From: Eledone cirrhosa
Lineage: Eukaryota
Assembly: GCA_964016885.1 (NCBI GenBank)
Contig: OZ024745.1
Span: 69,626,001 to 69,690,000, forward strand
Length of the DNA stretch: 64,000 bases
Reading direction: 5' to 3'
Made by a program: the position numbers and the translations under genes. The notes beneath the pieces are model-generated. The model saw only the letters and a list, made by a program, of their open reading frames with translations, made no database searches and was not told the origin of the DNA. Shown here piece after piece: positions 55,868-64,000 of this stretch (position 1 is its first letter; every line of letters starts with the position of its first letter).

Positions 55868-58489
55868 CTACAACATAAGAACTAGACATATGAACAAAAT
55901 AACATTTTGCGGGGTGTAATTATTACTTAGAGATAAATGTAAATAATAACATATATTAGATACTTCTCTTGAAGTAATATGTCTTGCCGTTGATTGTAAA
56001 TCATTTTCCCATTTATTGAAAATAATTACTCTCGCTGAGCGGGTAAATCTTTAGCTCTTTACTAAATAATTAGTTAATCTTGAAAGCCTGAAGAAAGTGT
56101 GTCCATCCATCTTACAGCATAGGTTTCTTTTTTATGGTAGTATGACTTCCTGTTTAAATGAATGCAAATATGTTTTCATAGAAAGGGTATGTGACTTGAC
56201 GGTTAGAGTGTTCGGCACTGGATCGTAAAATCGAGAATGCCAATGCTGGAACAGGCGAAACAAGACACTTTATTTCATGTTGCTCTAGTTCACTCAGCTG
56301 GGGAAAATGGGCTGTACCTCGAATTTAAAGGGACAATCTTGTCGCATATCTTGTCTCGCTCAATCTACATGAGAAATACATTAATGTCTATTGAATGCTC
56401 AGTAATTTGCGTGCCAATTACCAGAACATGCTCTTCTGTGGATTGCATCAACTGGAACATTCGTTGTTGGAACCGACTGAAGTCCAACAGAATATATTCT
56501 CATTTAAAATTATTTTCTGCTGTAGGAATTCTACTGCTGAGAACTGTTATATATTATGTAAAGGAGAACAGAGATACCACAGCATAGCAGGAATATTAAA
56601 TATATACATCTGTATATTCAATAGTTTTTCTACTATAAAGCTTTCTCTTATGAATTTCCTTGATTGTATTTGCAGACACATAAATTTTCTATAGGAAATG
56701 AGACAAAGTTAAGATATATGGAAAGAGTTCAATATTTGATCGAGTTCAAATAAATTGAATGAAAATAAATAATTTTATTGATTTACTAGGATATGTTTGA
56801 ACAGATTAAATTGTTATTTGGTTTTCTATTTAAATAATGATATATTTTCTTCGGTTTTTCTATCCGACTTAATAAGATAAAATACACCGAGTTGTAGAAT
56901 TCGTTCCCGATAGTAAAAACATAATCAGCCTCTGTAATATAAAACCATTTAGAATCAGTTGGAATATCAAAAATTCAAACAGGAAAGAAAAGGAAATATT
57001 AAACATACAAAACTGTGATTAAATATTCCCGCAAAGCAATGGCTGCAATTCTATCTCTTTACTCTTTAGGCTTTAAATAATTATATACATTTCTGTGTGG
57101 TAATGATCATATAACAACTATTGGTTGAGAACGACATTAAAACAAATATATAACTGGTTTAACTTGTTAGACTGTGGCCAAGATGGGGCACTGCCTGGAA
57201 AGATTTTATTCGATCTTATTAATCCCAGTAACATTGCTTTTCTTTTCAGGTTTGGTACTTATTCTTCCTATTGAGTTTTTTCCGAGACACCAAGATACAG
57301 AACATAAAGAAAAAAACGGTCTCAGGTAAACGATCACACACACATGCGCACAGAAACACTCGTACACACACACTGCTATTAATTGTGAAAATTGTACATC
57401 AGATATATCTTGTGTCATGGTCCAAGAAGACAGAAAGGTGACTATGTTATCCTGAAGTATGCAGAAAGAAACAGTTCAACTTTCCGTATATAACAAATTA
57501 TATAACTAGTATCACAAATATCGTCCGTTATATTATTATGGTTAAACTTAAACTTTAGTTCTGACAAACCAATGATGTAGAAAAACAAAGACTTAATGTA
57601 CATCATGTTTGTGTTTCTGGTTTCTTATGGTCTCCTCGTAGATAATTGCGAAAGAACCGTGGGTGATATTCGAAGAGAGAGCAAATTCAACTGTTGGCGC
57701 GGCTCGTTCCTGGAGACGTTTTTCTCCTAGCCGACTAAATAAAATATTACATTTCAATGCGACTAATTGCATTCCGATTAAATAAACCGAAAATTAAAGA
57801 AACCGAAATTTAAAGAAACCGAAAATATGCATCTATAGGGAAATAAATTTACTTATCCATGTTTATGGTTTCAAACATGAGTAAAAAGAGAAGCAGTGTC
57901 CGATGCTGATAATGACATGATTTTGGGGTATAGGTACAGCCTTTTATATTCTGAGTTTAAATCCACTCGAGAGTAGCTTTGCTTTTAATCCTAAGGTATC
58001 GATAGAATGAAGAAACAGTAATACACCGGGGTCGATGTGCTCGACTTACTCCTTCCTCAAGATTGTTAATATTATTATTTTATTTTTGTTGTTGTTGTTT
58101 TTCCTGTTCCTTCAGTTTCGTTTCCATTTCTTGCCGAGTGCCTTCCCGACAGCTATGACAAAAAAACTCATTAGATTGTTCTTGTCGCACACTTTACACA
58201 GTTACAAGTATATAATTTATATTACACATGTGCACCTTACCTGTTTCAAATTATATTTACTACAGAATGGTATTCAGTCATATAAGAGTGTTAGATGGAA
58301 TGCAATATAAAAAGGTTAAATTAGAAAAATCACATAGATGATTACTCTGGTCAAGAAAATGTTGCTTTTTTTCTGCTGACCTAAGTTTCAGACCTGCTCT
58401 TTTTTTTCTATCATGTCTAATAATTATTTTCCCTTAGTTTCTGATTGATTTTAAGAAATAACACAGGTGTTCAGTAGCATAGCTTCATT

Positions 58490-60250
58490 TGAAGGAAATA
58501 TTTACATCCACTTGACTTTCTTTGCTATATATGCGGTAGTTTTACAGTACCAGTGAATTTGTGAAGAGAGCATATTTGGATTACTTTAAGCTTAAATTTG
58601 GTAATCAGAATAAATCGATGGCGCCTTACAATGTATGTAAACCACGTGTCTAAATTCTACGCCATTGGAGAAAGGGGACAAGCAAACAACTAGCATTTGA
58701 CATACCTATGGTATGACGGGAGCTAAAAAAACCCATGCAGAATATTGCTACTGTTGTCTCACAAACCTCTTGTTATAGCAAGAAAACTCGACAGAAAATA
58801 AGTTACCCTAATTCGGATTCAGTAATTCATCCAGTGCTTCATCAGTACCCGTTTACTGGATGATGAAAGTGATATGTGTTTCAGACGAAAATCATCAATA
58901 TAACAGTGATACAGACTTTGTAGATTTAACAACCAAGGAACGTGAAAACTTCAACCAGGCAGAACTGAATAATTTAGTGAGAGACTTAAGCCTGCCAAAA
59001 GTGTTATCAGAACTCTTAGCTTCTAGACTTAAAGAAAAGAATATACCGCGGAAAGGGGCAAATGTAACGTTTTATGGGAACAGGGAAAAATATATCTTGG
59101 CATTCTTTAAAACTGAAAAAAGATTTTGTTTAATGTTATGACGTGGCGAGACTTTTACAAGCGATGGGTGTTCTACAATATGATCCTCCTGAATGGAGAC
59201 GCTTTATGGATAGTACAAAGAAGAGTCTAAAATGTGTATTACACCATAATTGTTTCTACTTTTGGCACAAGGCCAGCAATTACCCAGTGCATTACTGGTA
59301 CTTTATTTTATCGACCCCGTTAGTTAAGCTCGGCGGGATTTGAATTCAGAATGGCAAGGGCCGTAACTCTATGCGTCAAAGCATGGCGTCCGACCCACTA
59401 CCGATACTGCCCTCCATAATAGAAACTTGTTAGGTGCAATTCCTATTGGCGAATCTGTGCACTTAGAAGAGAAGCATGAACACATAAAAACTGTATTAGA
59501 TTTACTCAAGTATGATGAACACAAATAGGACATATGTGTGGATATGAAAATGGTCAACGTTTTACTTGGCTAATAAGGACGGTATGCAAAATATCCATCT
59601 TTCATGTGTTTATGGTTGTAGCCGAGGAAAAGAAAAACATTGGGAACAGAAACACTGGGCAGTTAGAAAAAGTGTGATTGTTGAGAAGAAAATCATACAC
59701 CAACCACTTGTTGGGCGAAAGAAAATAATCTTCCAACCCCTTCATATTAAACTACAACTAATGAAGCAGTTTGTTAAAGCTCTTAATGTAGAGGGTGTCT
59801 GTTTCAAATTCATATATACAACATTTCTTCGACAAAGTGTGATATTCTTGACGGGACACAAATCAGAAAGTTAATGAAATGCGACACCTTCTTGATCTCG
59901 ATGACTGACGTAGAGAAAAGAGCATAGAATTAAATTGTCTCAGTTGTGAATGGATTTGGGGGCAGCGAAAATGCTACAAATTACGGTGAGAGACATTGCT
60001 TGATAGCTTTAATCTTTAAGGCTGCAACATGAGCATAAGGATTCATTTCCTCAAGAGCCATCTCGATGAATTTCCTGCTAAACCTGGAGACTTGAGCAAT
60101 GTGCATGGCAAGCGCTTGCATCAAAATATGAAGGTTATGGAGGAGATATATCCAGGTAGATGATGGCAAACTACTGTTGGAGAATTGAAAGAGGCTGTGT
60201 AGATATGAAACACTCCAGGCGCTCTCGTAAGACACAGTTTGTTCCATTAA
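58490..60250 (+). pseudogene. Decayed Chapaev3-like (CMC) DNA transposase
   Basis: FCYICG..VKRAYLDYFKLKFGNQNK..APYNVC, FNQAELNNLVRDLSLPK..ELLASRLKEKN, WRRFMDSTKKSLKCVLHHN, PLHIKLQLMKQFVKAL; many stops and frameshifts; family name from recall. Confidence 0.75.
59251..59413 (-). mobile_element. SINE inserted into the transposase relic
   Basis: 1594 family; 7-bp target duplication CCATAAT at 59244-59250 and 59414-59420. Confidence 0.92.
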
Positions 60251-60583
60251 TATGTTGGTTAGTGTACGATTGTTTTTGCTTTACTCATTTTATTTGAGAA
60301 TTAATAAGATGTATTTAATAAAAAGTGGTGCTAACTTATATATCATCTATCATATCAGATTTCATTGACATTAAAACTTATTTTTGCAAGCTATAAATTT
60401 AGTAATCCACCCTGAGTAAATTATATTATTCATACAGTGAATAATAAAATAAGGATGTGCTTTAGAATGAAATATTTTTTGTTTCAACAAACTTACTCTC
60501 AAAATGTTCATGAATACTTTTTATCAAACTTTTTCTTAAACATTCCCCAAGCATTTTCTCTCTCTCACTCTCTCTCTCTCCCC

Positions 60584-60621
<38 letters not shown>

Positions 60622-60622
<1 letters not shown>

Positions 60623-61071
60623 AAGAAAAAGGGATGAAATCGAAAATGCAACTGAAGTCTTATTTTTTTTTTAAATATATATATTTATTTGGTTCCTTTA
60701 CCGGTTTCGCAGTTCTTCTGCTTTTCAAAAGGTGAGTGGAGATGGAGGGTCTGCTGGCGCGAAATTTATTATAATTATTGACAAACCAATCAAATTACTT
60801 CTCGAAAAACCTGGTTTTCGAGCCAGTTTTTCCATATAAAACAAGTAACATTTAGAGACCAACCAGATGTGAGAAAAACCACAGACACTCCATCTCAACT
60901 CACCTTTTGAAAAGCAGAAGAACTTCGAAACCGGTAAAGGAACCAAATAAATATATATATTTTTAAAAAAAATAAGACTCCAGTTGCATTTTCGATTTCA
61001 TCCCTTTTTCTTTATACTTCCACTCGTGTAGGACACCTCGGTTATTTTTCATTTTGTAAAAAAAACCTCAC

Positions 61072-61078
<7 letters not shown>
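60622..61078 (+). mobile_element. Family H3 fold-back element with two U3-A8 hammerheads (60695-60732 minus; 60903-60940 plus)
   Basis: 60622-60752 is the reverse complement of about 60882-61012; flanked by (TA)n. Confidence 0.85.
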
Positions 61079-61163
<85 letters not shown>

Positions 61164-61165
<2 letters not shown>

Positions 61166-61702
61166 AAGGCGGGTAAAATTCCCGAGATCCATGGACGAGT
61201 TCTCTCCAGCGGTCTCTGTCCCTCATCATAGCTGCCATATCCTGCATCTCCAACAGACCACTGTCTGTCCTTAGGGCATCAACATATGTTAACCTTGGTC
61301 TTCCTCTTCTAGTGTGTCCATGTAGGGGCTCCCAAAGGAGCACTGAGTGCAATGTCAACTCTGGATGTCGGTGAGCATGTCCAGCCAACCTCAGTCTTCT
61401 CTGTGTCACTTTTGAGCTGACTTTTGGGATGCTCCCATACAACTCTGAGCTTTTCATCCTCAGTGTATACTGATTGATACGGAAGATGATGTGGTTGAGA
61501 GGAAGAGCAGGGCCTGGGCGGCGTGTCACAGCTTGAGATCGGTGTGGAGGTCGGACCTTCGTAGAGACCTGAAGATCCGCCTCTTCATTGCTGTAGTGGA
61601 GTCTGTGCTGCTGTATGGGTCTGAGACTTGGACACTGACCAAGAGACTCACTCAGATGGTGGATGGGTGCTACACAAGAATGCTGAGGATGGCTCTGAAC
61701 AT
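61164..61702 (-). mobile_element. RTE-type LINE 3' fragment with precise 5' inversion, in (TA)n
   Basis: + strand: SRAWAACHSLRSVW..VESVLLYGSETWTLT..RMLRMALNI; - strand: INQYTL..QRRLRLAGH..RRGRPRLTYVD..DRDRWR. Confidence 0.9.
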
Positions 61703-62327
61703 ATATATATATATATATATATATATAAAGAGAGAGAGTGAGAGAGAGATATGTTTAGCTTGAATTGCTTTTTGGCTTAGGTGGCCTTCTTGACCACTTT
61801 TTCAGTTTGTATGGCGTTTTAAGATATGTTTAGCTCTGTTCTTTTTTAACTATAGAGCGCTTGCCACCATAACTCTGATATTGCGTTTCGTTTCGCTTTT
61901 TCTACCTGCCAAAATGCGATTCTCGCTGAATTTATATTTGCATTAATCTCCCGAGCCTTACAATTAACCTGTTAATAATTCTATTGATCGATTAATTGCA
62001 TACGTTTATTTTAAAAGTACCCGGTTGAGTGCTTATTCGATTTGTGCTATTTATGCAATTTCTTTGCATGATTTACACATACTGAATTCTGCCAAAATCT
62101 GGGGGTTTTCCCCTTGTGAGTTACGCATGTGCTTTTACAAAGCTCTGCGTCATTCACAAAGTTGGCGCAGAACAAAGAACCTGTTGATAACGTGATATTC
62201 CTTGTTCGACCATTATACCAAAAGCTTATAGTTTTAAGCAGACAGTATTATTGATTTAGGTGTCATAGAAACCCTGCATTTGGATTTTACCATCAATTCC
62301 AATGGGTCCAGGTGGGTTATATATGTG

Positions 62328-62432
<105 letters not shown>

Positions 62433-62640
62433 GATTTTATCATTTATTTTGTTTGACCTGTTTAGCTTGACTTGGTTTTTGGCGTAGGTGGTTAATGTCT
62501 TCTTGACCACTTTTTCAGTTTGTATGGCGTTTGAACATATGTTTAGCTCTGGTTTTTTAACTATGGAGCGCTTGCCAGCATAACTCTGATTTTGCGTTTC
62601 GTTTCGCTTTTTCTACCCGCCGAAATGCGATTCTCGCTCA

Positions 62641-62764
<124 letters not shown>

Positions 62765-62999
62765 CGCGGGCGATATAAATGAGGAGATTATTTTTAAGGA
62801 GTTAGTATTAAAATCATTAATACAAATTAGAAATTATAGCGAGCAGAAAAAATCTTGTAAGTTATAGTAAATAAACAATACTATTACCTGGACATTTTTA
62901 TTAATTGGTTTGTGAAAAAAAGAGAAATAAGGACATGGCTCAAGCTACGATATCAACACAGAATCCTTAAAAAGATATATTAGAATCCTTAAAAAGATA

Positions 63000-63700
63000 T
63001 ATTACGTTGGATAGGAAGTTCTCATGAGTTTTCAAAATACTATTGACTTTGCTGTATATTAACATTAAGACAATCATCTATGATTACTGATTGCTATCCT
63101 TTAGGAAGGCACGATTCAATTCCTATAGACTTCGTCTGGCTTTAATGCCCAAAATTCCAACAGTCCGGGATTTAACTGGTCTTCGTAATCAAATCTCTTT
63201 AATAGCGTTGCATTACTCATTGAGAGAAAATAAATTTATTAAGCTGTAGTCGCGAGATCGTGCGAATAGGGTAGAATCTCTAAAACTATATCCAGCGGCT
63301 TCTCACGGACCATACTTGATATATGCAGCCGAAGGTTATCATGAAGAAATTGAACAAGACCGTTTTGTTGGTGCACGTGAGCAATTTGTTGCCAATAGAC
63401 ATCAGTGTTTATGGTGGTGTTTATGGAGACACCTTGTTTCATCATCAGCTGGTTGTGCGATAGTAGGAGAGCAGAAAAGTAGCAACTGCCATCCGACATT
63501 GATGTGTACGTTCAGTCAGATTGTGGGACATCCATTGGTTCAGCTTGGACACCTTAGCTAGTGATTGAGTATGATTTTTTGGGCTCCCCAAGCACTTCGG
63601 TGAGTTCACGTGGTGTCTGGCGTGGGTTGTCTTCCACCAGCACACGCAGCTGCTTGTCATTGAATTCGCATGGACATCCTGTGCAAGATCGATTTTAAAG
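63000..63700 (-). pseudogene. Mariner transposase relic
   Basis: WMSHNL (WVPHEL), FLHDNLRLH (HDNARPH), PYSHDLA (YSPDLAP); internal deletions. Confidence 0.8.
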
Positions 63701-64000
63701 ATTGTAATTACCAGAAGGGAAGTGTGTGAACCAGTCACTTGCATTGCAATCAGACATGGTGTATGACCCAAATGGTCTCTTATTTCTACAATTCGATGCT
63801 GCTGCGCTTGGGCCAGATTTGACGCCATAAGTTAAACAGCCACAAATAAACGATTTGTATGTTGGTTGCTTCACCTTTGACGGTGTAACAGAAAATGAAA
63901 AAAGCACACAGTGTCACATCTTATATGTGTGCGCAGGCGCAACCTTCAACTTTTGAAGAAAACTCTACCAAAATACCTCCTTTTGAGAAACGACAGGAAC

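Overview
Very AT-rich animal genomic DNA saturated with (TA)n/(CA)n/(GA)n microsatellites. The repeat content suggests a mollusc, possibly an octopus; this is inference only. Most listed ORFs are microsatellite artefacts, and no complete host gene is visible; one candidate terminal exon lies at 55672-55867 (-). The window is dominated by Penelope-like retroelements (PLEs) of at least three lineages: one nearly intact RT+GIY-YIG ORF (24100-26256), several Naiad-type remnants and a frameshifted Neptune-like copy. It also holds many tRNA-derived SINEs, RTE-type LINE fragments, a decayed Chapaev3-like transposase and a mariner relic. The main hidden layer is RNA structure. Read by eye, the PLE pseudo-LTRs and many small fold-back elements in (TA)n tracts carry candidate hammerhead ribozymes. 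These include family-wide non-canonical cores (U3-A8 covariation in 4 copies; U4A in about 7 copies), a back-to-back palindromic pair, and forms with long or branched stem II. A 249-bp tandem/fold-back element carries a tRNA-like cloverleaf. Most (TA)n-embedded retro-insertions, including an RTE fragment, show an inversion, suggesting a shared twin-priming or fold-back mode of insertion at self-complementary targets. All folds were derived manually and need computational and biochemical confirmation.
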